Shown here: positions 33,210-41,596 of the stretch, piece after piece | Layout of the letters: every line of letters starts with the position of its first letter | How positions within the stretch are numbered: the first letter of the stretch is position 1 | NCBI GenBank assembly: GCA_963717435.1 | Contig: OY970332.1 | Coordinates: 64,001-128,000, forward strand | Reading direction: 5' to 3' | DNA from: an uncultured bacterium | Lineage (GTDB): Bacteria; Babelota; Babeliae; Babelales; Babelaceae | DNA length: 64,000 nt | Notes under the pieces: generated by a model | What the model was told of the DNA's origin: nothing | Database searches by the model: none | What the model saw: only the letters and a program-made list of their open reading frames with translations | Made by a program: the position numbers and the translations under genes

Positions 33210-33653
33210 GTGAAAAAAAATATAAGCCCCCAAATTTTTTTAGCAGTATTTTTAACAGTATTAATATTATCAATAACAAATACAGTGTGGTCCGCCAGCA
33301 AACCCTCCCCAACATCTATAGAAAAATTATTCGCCGATATACCGTTTAGGAGCTACAGAAACATAAATTCAACAGAAGCAAAAGAACTGATAAAGAAAAT
33401 CCAGACCTCCAATGTATCGTTATCTCAAGACTCTTGGGAAGATTTAATTATACGGGGCCGAACAAAATTTGAACAAAACAAAGATTGGTACGATGTGGTA
33501 AGAACTACATTTGAGCAAATAAGCAAAGACGATTTACAATCAAGAAGAGAATTTTTACGAGCTCTGGACGATTTAGAAACAAAAGATTATGAAACCGCAA
33601 GTGAGCTTCGCGATTTTTTAAGAAAAGCAAAATTAATCGACATAGCCAAATAA
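33210..33653 (+). CDS. Hypothetical secreted protein
   Basis: GGAG RBS, GTG start, signal peptide ending VWSA. Confidence 0.7.
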   Translation: MKKNISPQIFLAVFLTVLILSITNTVWSASKPSPTSIEKLFADIPFRSYRNINSTEAKELIKKIQTSNVSLSQDSWEDLIIRGRTKFEQNKDWYDVVRTTFEQISKDDLQSRREFLRALDDLETKDYETASELRDFLRKAKLIDIAK

Positions 33654-33681
33654 TCTCTAAATTGCATATTAAATTAACAGA

Positions 33682-33716
33682 GAAAAGAGGCCGGAGAAAT
33701 TCTCTGGCCTCTTTTC
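33682..33716. terminator. Bidirectional intrinsic terminator
   Basis: GAAAAGAGGCCGGAGA / TCTCTGGCCTCTTTTC between convergent ORFs. Confidence 0.8.
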
Positions 33717-33747
33717 ATAAAATTCACTTTATAAATACTGAAATCAC

Positions 33748-34293
33748 TTACTTTGGCAAGTAACCAGACTGTTCAAGAAATCTTTCTGTTGGAACATATA
33801 AAGTAACAGCTTGAATCAAGTTGCGTAACCAGTTAGCAGGACGCCTATTTTGCTTCTCTTGACTCGTTTTTGCTTCACAATCATCTATTAAATCTTCAAT
33901 AGCCAATTCTTTCCCAATACCAAATGGAATTTGCTTTACCATTTTTTGGCAAGCTTCTGTATTAACTAATTTACCCAAAATATAAAGTAACGGTAATCTT
34001 GTTGCCCAACGCTTAGATCCTTCTGAAAGATCCCCTTCAGTACCTATCCATAAAGCAGCAAGAATTGCTTCAACTCTAAGTGCCATGCCTAATTCTGCTG
34101 AAGTACTTTTATCAAATGGACTTCTTTTTGTTGCAGCATCAACAAGAACTCCTGATCCAGCCCCTATTCCAAGTGAAATTAAAGCACGCCCATATCCTGG
34201 AATCGTTTTCCAAGAATCGGAAAGTCCAGCACCACGAACATTCGCAGCTAATACTAAAACAGACAGGGACAAAAATCGCTTAAAATTATTCAT
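33748..34293 (-). CDS. Hypothetical membrane/secreted protein
   Basis: Likely start MNNFKRF; signal peptide plus hydrophobic segments. Confidence 0.65.
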   Translation of the reverse strand: MNNFKRFLSLSVLVLAANVRGAGLSDSWKTIPGYGRALISLGIGAGSGVLVDAATKRSPFDKSTSAELGMALRVEAILAALWIGTEGDLSEGSKRWATRLPLLYILGKLVNTEACQKMVKQIPFGIGKELAIEDLIDDCEAKTSQEKQNRRPANWLRNLIQAVTLYVPTERFLEQSGYLPK

Positions 34294-34365
34294 AATAACC
34301 CTTTTCGAGTTTAAAGTTGTAACACCTACACTACAAACACACGCAGCATACACAAATTTTTGCAT

Positions 34366-34393
34366 AAAAAAAAGCGGGTTAAAAACCCGCTTT
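34366..34393 (-). terminator. Intrinsic terminator after rplM
   Basis: AAAGCGGGTT/AACCCGCTTT stem with A tract (U tract on minus). Confidence 0.8.
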
Positions 34394-34405
34394 AGAATTC
34401 AATAG

Positions 34406-34912
34406 TTAAATATTGTCTCTCTTGAAACCTTCAAGTTGAGCTTTATGTGGATGCTCTGACCCTGTATAAAGTTTCAACTTTTTCATCAGGCTGCTTGAAA
34501 GTGTATTTTTTGGAAGCATTCTTTTAACAGCAAGCTCAATAATTCTTGTAGAATCTTTAGCCATAATTTGCTCAGCTGTAAGACTCTTCAAGTTACCGAT
34601 CCAACCACTGTATGTTTCGTATGTTTTATCTTTAAGCTTGTTACCTGTAAAAGCGATCTTATCTGTATTGATCACAACAACATAATCGCCACCATCTGCA
34701 TGGGGTGTAAATGTAGCTCTGTCTTTGCCACGTAGAATATCGGCTATTCTTGTTGCCATTCTACCTGGAACTTGCCCAGCAGCATCGATCAAGACCCATT
34801 TAGGAACTCTTGATTCTTTTTTCATGAAGTAAGCTTTATTCATGTCAACACTGTGAACCGGTGAAGTCTCGGCTTTTTTTGCTGCCGCCTTCTTTGTTTG
34901 TTTTTTTTCCAT
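34406..34912 (-). CDS. rplM: 50S ribosomal protein L13 with N-terminal extension
   Basis: WVLIDA, LRGK, TPH.DGGDYVVVIN, MLPK, HPHKAQ. Confidence 0.96.
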   Translation of the reverse strand: MEKKQTKKAAAKKAETSPVHSVDMNKAYFMKKESRVPKWVLIDAAGQVPGRMATRIADILRGKDRATFTPHADGGDYVVVINTDKIAFTGNKLKDKTYETYSGWIGNLKSLTAEQIMAKDSTRIIELAVKRMLPKNTLSSSLMKKLKLYTGSEHPHKAQLEGFKRDNI

Positions 34913-35049
34913 GACCCTGAAAGACTTTCGTATTTTGTAAGTAATTTTCAATAATAGTAGTAATTTATAAATCTTGCTAAAATATATATAATATTAAAAA
35001 AAAACTTGAAATAGGTCAAATTAAAGCTTTTTATATCGGGTATTTTCTT

Positions 35050-36603
35050 ATGCAAAATTCTATAATTATTCTTCTACCATCGGTAATTTTACTTGCTGTG
35101 GCAGTATACACCAAAAATGTCATAAAGTCTCTTCTGACCGGCATAATAGCTGCTGCGTTCATAGTAAAAAACTTTGCTCCAGTTGAGTCTATAAATCTTG
35201 TTGCAAGAAGATTGTTTGAACAAACCGAAATATCTAATTTAATCTACAAAACTGGTAGCTATGACAATCTTTATACTTTTGCATTTCTAATAATACTTGG
35301 AATAATAATATGCATGATAACCCACACAGGGGGCATGGCAGCCTATACCAAAGCTATCAAGACAAGACTTCACGGTCCCAAAGCGACCCAAACTGTATCT
35401 CTAATACTTTCCAACTTTTTCTTCATGGACGACTATCTTAATACGCTTACAGTAGGCAGCGTCATGAAGCCACTTACAGATGCATTTAGAATACCTAGAG
35501 CAAAATTGGCATTTCTATTAGATTCCATGAGTTCAGCTTTGTGCACCCTAATTCCAGCTTCAAGTTGGACAGCTATAGTTCTATCCCAGCTTCAGGGTGT
35601 CGGCATACAGGACACTTTGGGGACATATTTAACAGCTATGCCATTTATTTTCTACAGCTGGCTAATAATATTTACGGCCTGGTTTGTTGTAAGGGCGGGT
35701 ATATCTTTTGGCAAAATGAGAGATTTTGAAGACATAGCCCTAGAGACGGGAAATTTATTTGGCGGCAAAGAGCCGATTCAAGATTTGACAGAAAATATAA
35801 ACAACCAACAAAAATCTTCTCTGACAGATTTTTTCCTACCCATTGGCTTGTTCATGTTCAGCGTATTCTTATCTTTTGCCTATACGGGTTCTTGGGCATT
35901 CTTGGGGGGACAAAACAATCTTGTGACTGCCCTGCAAAAAGGGGATGCGTTATACTCCCTATTTATAGCAAGTTTAATTACCCTAATAATTTCAGTAATA
36001 TACTTTGGGCTTAACAAAAAACTTAGCTTTAAAGAGTTTACAGACATGTCCATAAACGGGTTCTATTTGATGAAAAACTCAATAATATTATTATTACTCG
36101 CAAAAACGATGAGCATGCTTCTCAAATCAGATTTGAACACGGGCGCATATCTTGCAGGCCTAATGGTTGGATCTGTTCCTGCTTGGTTATTCCCTGCGAT
36201 AATATTCGTAACGTCGTCATTGGTTGCGATGGCAACGGGTTCATCATGGGGAACAATTAGTGTCATGATACCACTTGGGATCCCAATGGTTGGTTCATTT
36301 GACGCAATTTTATTATCACCAACACTTGGCGCAATACTTTCAGGTTCTATTGCAGGCGCACACTTATCGCCGATATCTGACCCTATGTTAATTTCATCGA
36401 CAAGTTCAGGGTCTTACCATCTGGACCATATACAAACTCAAATAGTATACGCAGCACCTGCTATGCTAGGCACAATCTTAGCACTATTACTAACCGGCTT
36501 TATCCTAACCCAAAATACGATTATTACGGGCCTAATAGCTTTGCTTACAGGCGTAATATTCACCGGCTCAGTGTTATATTTTCTCAATAAAAAAAGATCG
36601 TAA
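35050..36603 (+). CDS. Na+/H+ antiporter NhaC family transporter
   Basis: FMDDY, KLAFLLDS, ATGSSWGT, HLSPISD; multiple TM segments. Confidence 0.88.
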   Translation: MQNSIIILLPSVILLAVAVYTKNVIKSLLTGIIAAAFIVKNFAPVESINLVARRLFEQTEISNLIYKTGSYDNLYTFAFLIILGIIICMITHTGGMAAYTKAIKTRLHGPKATQTVSLILSNFFFMDDYLNTLTVGSVMKPLTDAFRIPRAKLAFLLDSMSSALCTLIPASSWTAIVLSQLQGVGIQDTLGTYLTAMPFIFYSWLIIFTAWFVVRAGISFGKMRDFEDIALETGNLFGGKEPIQDLTENINNQQKSSLTDFFLPIGLFMFSVFLSFAYTGSWAFLGGQNNLVTALQKGDALYSLFIASLITLIISVIYFGLNKKLSFKEFTDMSINGFYLMKNSIILLLLAKTMSMLLKSDLNTGAYLAGLMVGSVPAWLFPAIIFVTSSLVAMATGSSWGTISVMIPLGIPMVGSFDAILLSPTLGAILSGSIAGAHLSPISDPMLISSTSSGSYHLDHIQTQIVYAAPAMLGTILALLLTGFILTQNTIITGLIALLTGVIFTGSVLYFLNKKRS

Positions 36604-36619
36604 TTTTAAGCAAAAACAA

Positions 36620-36657
36620 AACTGGCCCGTTAGGATTTTGCACCTAACGGGCCAGTT
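36620..36657. terminator. Hairpin terminator between convergent genes
   Basis: Perfect 15-bp stem AACTGGCCCGTTAGG/CCTAACGGGCCAGTT. Confidence 0.8.
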
Positions 36658-36682
36658 CTAATCTCAACATCAAACGCAAATT

Positions 36683-37327
36683 TTACTTCTTAATTTTGCC
36701 CAAAAATTCACTATTAATTTTATAATGAATATCTCCACTCCCATTAGGCACGACGACACTATACAAATCGCTTCCTTTTTCCGCCACAACTTCTCCTATA
36801 AAGAAATTTGCTTTTTTTAGAGACGATTGATCATATGACGCCTGTGATCCATTCAAGACAGGGACCACCACCCTCTCTCCGATTGCAAACTTATTGTCTT
36901 TTGAAAAATTGGCCATTAAAAGCGCAGCTCGTTCACTAATTTGTTGACCAATTTCTTGAGCAGGAGGCGAGAATATCCAAAATGTCCTAGGATAGCCCTC
37001 AGAGAACATGTTTTGGTCACGAATGGCCCTAATCTTCCCATCCTTGAACGCGAAGACAATCCCATAATTCAAATCCCCATTACTTCGTTTAACTAAAACC
37101 AGATCCCCCATCTCCAGAGGTCTGTTTTCCTCGTTCTTATGAAAATATTTTTGCAAACTCGGATCAACAACTTTGCCGAGAATTTTTTCTCGATGATCTT
37201 TATAGGCAAGAAGATCTTCGATTGTTATTTTTGCCGTCTCAGGTTTTTCCATGCTATACGAACTATTCACGCCCAAAAGCATCGCTGCCAGCAAAACACC
37301 TGTTATATACAATTTATTGCTTTTCAT
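36683..37327 (-). CDS. Secreted tandem paralog 3 (two Tudor/SH3-like modules)
   Basis: First 41 aa identical to 37360-38055; ends EFLGKIKK. Confidence 0.8.
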   Translation of the reverse strand: MKSNKLYITGVLLAAMLLGVNSSYSMEKPETAKITIEDLLAYKDHREKILGKVVDPSLQKYFHKNEENRPLEMGDLVLVKRSNGDLNYGIVFAFKDGKIRAIRDQNMFSEGYPRTFWIFSPPAQEIGQQISERAALLMANFSKDNKFAIGERVVVPVLNGSQASYDQSSLKKANFFIGEVVAEKGSDLYSVVVPNGSGDIHYKINSEFLGKIKK

Positions 37328-37387
37328 AATATTCTTCTCTTCTGTTAAAAATTTATACTTTACTTCTTAATTTTGCCCAAAAATTCA
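37206..37387. repeat. About 180-bp direct repeat spanning a gene junction, copy 1
   Basis: Near-identical to 37934-38113; covers the last codons of one gene, the spacer and the first 41 codons of the next. Confidence 0.92.
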
Positions 37388-38055
37388 GGTTTGACCGAGT
37401 ATTGTTTTTCATTGACCTGGACTTTATATTTACCATTGGTCTTATCTCCCGCAATCTTTCCTACTAAGAAGTTTCTAGTTGTTTCGAAAGAGTTTTCATC
37501 ATCAACGGCTAATCCTTGCAGGAGGGGAACAACTACCAATTCTCCTAATTTAAACTCATTATTTTTTGCAAAATTAGCCAAAGAAAACGCTCCGGAATCC
37601 CCAATATTTTCACCTTGAATTAGAACTTCTTCAGGATTTCCCCTCATGTATTCTTTAAACACATACAATTCCTGAGGGTATATACCCCTTTCACCACCAA
37701 AATCTACTTTCACCCTAACTCCACCTTTTTCCCTGGTTTTTTTATCCGCCTTGGTGATAAATCCATATGTCAACAATGGTTGATTAGTAGACGGGTCCTT
37801 AGCATTTCTTGGAGCCACAACCAATTCGCCCAGCTCGAAGTTATAATCTTTGGACTCATTCAATTTGAAATAGTCTTTTAGTAAATTTTTATCAGCAACT
37901 TTGCCGAAAATTTTTGCGGGATTATCTCTATATGCAAGAAGATCTTCGATTGTTATTTTTGCCGTCTCAGGTTTTTCCATGCTATACGAACTATTCACGC
38001 CTAAAAGCATCGCTGCCAGCAAAACACCTGTTATATACAATTTATTGCTTTTCAT
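37360..38055 (-). CDS. Secreted tandem paralog 2 (two Tudor/SH3-like modules)
   Basis: Signal peptide, FELGELVVAPR and FKLGELVVVP modules, ends EFLGKIKK. Confidence 0.8.
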   Translation of the reverse strand: MKSNKLYITGVLLAAMLLGVNSSYSMEKPETAKITIEDLLAYRDNPAKIFGKVADKNLLKDYFKLNESKDYNFELGELVVAPRNAKDPSTNQPLLTYGFITKADKKTREKGGVRVKVDFGGERGIYPQELYVFKEYMRGNPEEVLIQGENIGDSGAFSLANFAKNNEFKLGELVVVPLLQGLAVDDENSFETTRNFLVGKIAGDKTNGKYKVQVNEKQYSVKPEFLGKIKK

Positions 38056-38113
38056 AATATTCTTCCCTCTGTTAAAAATTTATACTTTACTTCTTAATTT
38101 TACCCAAGAATTC
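37934..38113. repeat. About 180-bp direct repeat spanning a gene junction, copy 2
   Basis: Near-identical to 37206-37387. Confidence 0.92.
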
Positions 38114-38761
38114 CGGCAGAATAAAATACGTGCTAATTAAGCCGGGAACACCAGCCATAACCTCATATTTATTACGCTGCTTTTGCGAACTGGCGACCAT
38201 GCCTAGGTAGAACTTTGCTGATTCCATGGAGGGTGCATAATTGACAACTGTTGCACTTGAAAATGAAACTATGACCCATTCATTTTTATTAAACTCATTA
38301 TCTGCTGAAAAACTCGCTATAGAGCGTACCGTTTGTTTGTCAATTTCCTGCCCAATTTTAAACACCTTCCCGTTAATTTTAATTGTCTCAGGTTCACTTG
38401 CTATCGATTTATACAAGAGTTTGGGAGGCAAGTCTTTAACAATTCCATTCTCTAATTGCACCCTAATCAAACCCTTAGCTTTAGTTTCTTCTTTTGTCTC
38501 CATAAGAATTCCATAAGTAAGCTTGCCACTGCTTCTTGGAACTACAACCAATTCACCTATTTCAAATTTATATTTATTATCTTTGTTAGGTATAAAAAGG
38601 TTCAGTAAGTCCCCAGTGGTCTCTTTGCCCAGAATTTTTTCAGGATTTTTCTTATAGTTAAGGATATCTTCACGGGTTATTTGTTCCATATTATAAGAAT
38701 TATTCATACCCAAAAACATAGCAGCCAAGATAGCTGATATGTAAAATTTATTATTTTTCAT
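38087..38761 (-). CDS. Secreted tandem paralog 1 (two Tudor/SH3-like modules)
   Basis: Signal peptide, FEIGELVVVPRSSG, ends EFLGKIKK. Confidence 0.8.
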   Translation of the reverse strand: MKNNKFYISAILAAMFLGMNNSYNMEQITREDILNYKKNPEKILGKETTGDLLNLFIPNKDNKYKFEIGELVVVPRSSGKLTYGILMETKEETKAKGLIRVQLENGIVKDLPPKLLYKSIASEPETIKINGKVFKIGQEIDKQTVRSIASFSADNEFNKNEWVIVSFSSATVVNYAPSMESAKFYLGMVASSQKQRNKYEVMAGVPGLISTYFILPEFLGKIKK

Positions 38762-38797
38762 AAAATATCCCTATATATTAAAAATATTTAAAAAATA

Positions 38798-38824
38798 CCT
38801 GGAACTGAGTTTTTCAGTTCCAGG
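38798..38824 (-). terminator. Intrinsic terminator after the small ORF
   Basis: CCTGGAACTGA/TCAGTTCCAGG perfect stem with adjacent A-rich tract. Confidence 0.75.
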
Positions 38825-38832
38825 CTATAATC

Positions 38833-38976
38833 TTACTGAGCAGATTGACCAGATGCATCAGCTTCTTTTGTTTGTGGTTGTTGAGGTCTTTGGCAAGGAC
38901 ATATTGCAAGCATATTGCTTGAAACAACGAAGCCAAATAAAACTGCTACAACTAATTTTTTTAAATTAGAAAACAT
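38833..38976 (-). CDS. 47-aa secreted small protein (absent from ORF track)
   Basis: GGAGGG RBS; MFSNLKKLVVAVLFGFVVSSNMLAICPCQRPQQPQTKEADASGQSAQ; own terminator. Confidence 0.75.
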   Translation of the reverse strand: MFSNLKKLVVAVLFGFVVSSNMLAICPCQRPQQPQTKEADASGQSAQ

Positions 38977-39105
38977 GAGAAACCCTCCATAAATTATTTA
39001 AATTATATTGTACTTACAATTTAATTCTGGCAAATCTGGGCTTCAAAAGTCAATGGTTTTAAAGATTATTTTCAGATTCTACCAATTTAAAATGGGCAAA
39101 AAAAA

Positions 39106-39143
39106 GCTTATAAGAGAATCATTTGAATGATTCTCTTATAAGC
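39106..39143 (-). terminator. Intrinsic terminator
   Basis: Perfect 17-bp stem GCTTATAAGAGAATCAT/ATGATTCTCTTATAAGC with A8 tract. Confidence 0.8.
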
Positions 39144-39158
39144 CCAAAATTAACTCGC

Positions 39159-39479
39159 TTAGTTTTTATTAAGTGTAACCAAATAATCACCTTCAGGAGA
39201 ATCCTCTATGTTTAATTTCATAGAACCCGAAACACCCCAGCTTCTAATTTCTTTGATAATTTCACCACCAACTGAAACTGTAATTTGCTTTATAATACAT
39301 AATCCAATATCAACAGGTTTTTTCGATTTTTTTTCTAATCTTTCATATTTGTCAGGACATGAGTCAAGTTCAATTTCAACCCCGACCTTAGAATCCGAAT
39401 TGTTTGAAATATCAACTTGATATCCCCAAGCAGATCCCCCAAGCAATAATAAGCTTGCAAAAAATAAACTCTTCTTCAT
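39159..39479 (-). CDS. Small secreted beta-rich protein with two Cys
   Basis: GGAGG RBS, signal MKKSLFFASLLLLGGSAWG. Confidence 0.75.
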   Translation of the reverse strand: MKKSLFFASLLLLGGSAWGYQVDISNNSDSKVGVEIELDSCPDKYERLEKKSKKPVDIGLCIIKQITVSVGGEIIKEIRSWGVSGSMKLNIEDSPEGDYLVTLNKN

Positions 39480-39621
39480 AAAACCTCCCATTTTTTTTAA
39501 AATTACATACACTCATTTTAACTATATCTGAAATACATTCTAAAATGCAACAGTTTTTCTAGTTTTTTATAGAGAAAAACAGCTAAAAACAGAGATGAAT
39601 TTGTTATTTATTGTCTTCTAC

Positions 39622-40923
39622 TTAAGAAACTTTTTGTAGGGCCATAAACTTTTCTATATCATCTATTTCTTTGGGCAACTCTTCACTTAAGCAAACAGCC
39701 TCGCCACCTGCAATCCAGTAGTCATCTTCGATTCTTACGCCCAGGTTCTCTTCAGGTATATAAATACCCGGTTCGATAGTAAACACATCGCCCTCTTCTA
39801 ACGGACGTGAATAATCACCAACGTCGTGGACATCTATGCCAAGAAAGTGGCCTATAGAATGGGTAAAGTATTTGCCATACCCTGCGTCATCCAAAAACTT
39901 TTTAGCCAAATGGTTTAAAGATTTTTCAGGCATATCTTTATTGTTTAACCAATAACCAGGTGCCGCCAAATCTTGGATATAAAGCTGTGTTTCCAAAACT
40001 AAGTTATAAATCTCCTTCTGTCTTTCAGTAAATTTACCTGAGACAGGATAAGTTCTGGTTAAATCTGCGCAATAATAATTATATTCAGCCCCAATATCAA
40101 CAACAACCAAATCACCAGATTTTAATACAGTATTATTATCATGATAATGCAATACTGTGCTATTTTTGCCACCGGCAACTATCGATGGAAAAGCTGCTCT
40201 GCAAGACTCAGAAGCATACGCATATTCAATAGCCGCTTGAAGTTTTGATTCATTAACGTCTGGAGCGAGCATAGCTAGCGCAGTCTCATGCGCGTCCATT
40301 GTGCAGTCTATTGCTTTATAAATTAACTCTATTTCTTGTTTATCTTTTTTACGTCTTAATTGTGCGACTAGCAGCGAAATATCAACTAATCTTTCAGTCA
40401 GTTCCGGAACAAATTTTGCAAGTCTTTCAAGCTGAATTCTCTGATTTACATATGCACCCGGCTTATCGGGACAAAAAGTAAAAATCGCAACTTTTTTTGC
40501 GACTATTAATTTTAAAAATTCTATTAAGTTTTTAAACTCACCTTGAGAAAAATTTGGGTATATATTATATCCACGACAAGCTTCTCCAAGATAATCTATG
40601 CTTTCAACAAATATCTCTTGCGCTTGATTTTCACCAGGCTCGATACAACCCGACATCCATTTTGATCTTGGTTCTTGATATCTTGGAACAAATAAAATTC
40701 CATTAGAATCTCGTTCAAGATTTATCGAAGAAACCAATACAGATCCAGGCTCTTCAATTCCCGTTAAGTAATAAAAACTACTTTCCTGCCTAAACTTAAC
40801 AGTTTCCTGTTCAAAACCACCGAGCAACAAAATTATCCCGTTCGGGCTTTCTGGATACTTATAAGCAATTAATTTTTTTAACTCTTGAAATCTATTTCTA
40901 AAAACTGAGTAATCTTTTTTCAT
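39622..40923 (-). CDS. pepP: Xaa-Pro aminopeptidase
   Basis: FRQESSFYYLTG, DLTRTYP, GHFLGIDVHD, TIEPGIY, RIEDD. Confidence 0.93.
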   Translation of the reverse strand: MKKDYSVFRNRFQELKKLIAYKYPESPNGIILLLGGFEQETVKFRQESSFYYLTGIEEPGSVLVSSINLERDSNGILFVPRYQEPRSKWMSGCIEPGENQAQEIFVESIDYLGEACRGYNIYPNFSQGEFKNLIEFLKLIVAKKVAIFTFCPDKPGAYVNQRIQLERLAKFVPELTERLVDISLLVAQLRRKKDKQEIELIYKAIDCTMDAHETALAMLAPDVNESKLQAAIEYAYASESCRAAFPSIVAGGKNSTVLHYHDNNTVLKSGDLVVVDIGAEYNYYCADLTRTYPVSGKFTERQKEIYNLVLETQLYIQDLAAPGYWLNNKDMPEKSLNHLAKKFLDDAGYGKYFTHSIGHFLGIDVHDVGDYSRPLEEGDVFTIEPGIYIPEENLGVRIEDDYWIAGGEAVCLSEELPKEIDDIEKFMALQKVS

Positions 40924-40954
40924 AATAACTTTCAAAATATTTCTAATTTTTTAT

Positions 40955-41581
40955 TTACGATAATTTATCGTAAAGCTCGCCATTTTCCAATTTGATCAAA
41001 GCCATAACAATAGCTTGCTTGGTGTATTCTATTCTATCGACTCGGCCGTTGGTCAAAATTCCCACAACGCCGTTACCTTTAGAATCAGTAGTTATCCCCA
41101 ATTTGTTAAAAGTTTGCTTCATTTCAAAACCATCTTTGACCATCAAATCGGTTGCTTTATCGGGGCATTCGAATGCTGATGACAACCCTACATAAAAATT
41201 AGATCCGTCATATATCACGCAAGCACAAATATTCATATAACCAGTTTTTGTATAAGGCACTTGAAAAAGACCGCTTTCTATCCCAAAGCTCAAATCGCAA
41301 GAATTAAAACCATTCTTTGCGCGATTCATGGCCCCTTGTAATGTTTCTTCCAAAGATAAAGGCTGATTCCTAACCAAAGAAGATATTTCTTCTGAGCAAA
41401 TTTTTGCAGAAGAAAGAAATGCGTATTCTTTGCAAATCTGCTCAACAGCGGCTATTTTCACCGGATTTAAAGATGCAACTTTTATTGTTTTTATCGTATT
41501 AATAGATTTTGACCCGGCAGATTCGGGACAGGATAAAAAAACCAAGTTAGTTACTAATAAAAAAAGTATCAATTTTTTCAT
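40955..41581 (-). CDS. yjjX: Inosine/xanthosine triphosphatase (YjjX family) with signal-like N-terminus
   Basis: SLNPVKIAAV, QP.S.EET..GA.NRA, GIESG, GVVGILT.G..DR. Confidence 0.85.
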   Translation of the reverse strand: MKKLILFLLVTNLVFLSCPESAGSKSINTIKTIKVASLNPVKIAAVEQICKEYAFLSSAKICSEEISSLVRNQPLSLEETLQGAMNRAKNGFNSCDLSFGIESGLFQVPYTKTGYMNICACVIYDGSNFYVGLSSAFECPDKATDLMVKDGFEMKQTFNKLGITTDSKGNGVVGILTNGRVDRIEYTKQAIVMALIKLENGELYDKLS

Positions 41582-41596
41582 AAACTTCCTCAAAAA

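Noticed and set aside
36682-38113. Direct repeats considered as a CRISPR array or DGR template/variable pair
   Set aside because: The repeats are about 180 bp, coding and separated by whole gene cores; there are no cas or reverse transcriptase genes and no adenine-specific mismatch pattern.
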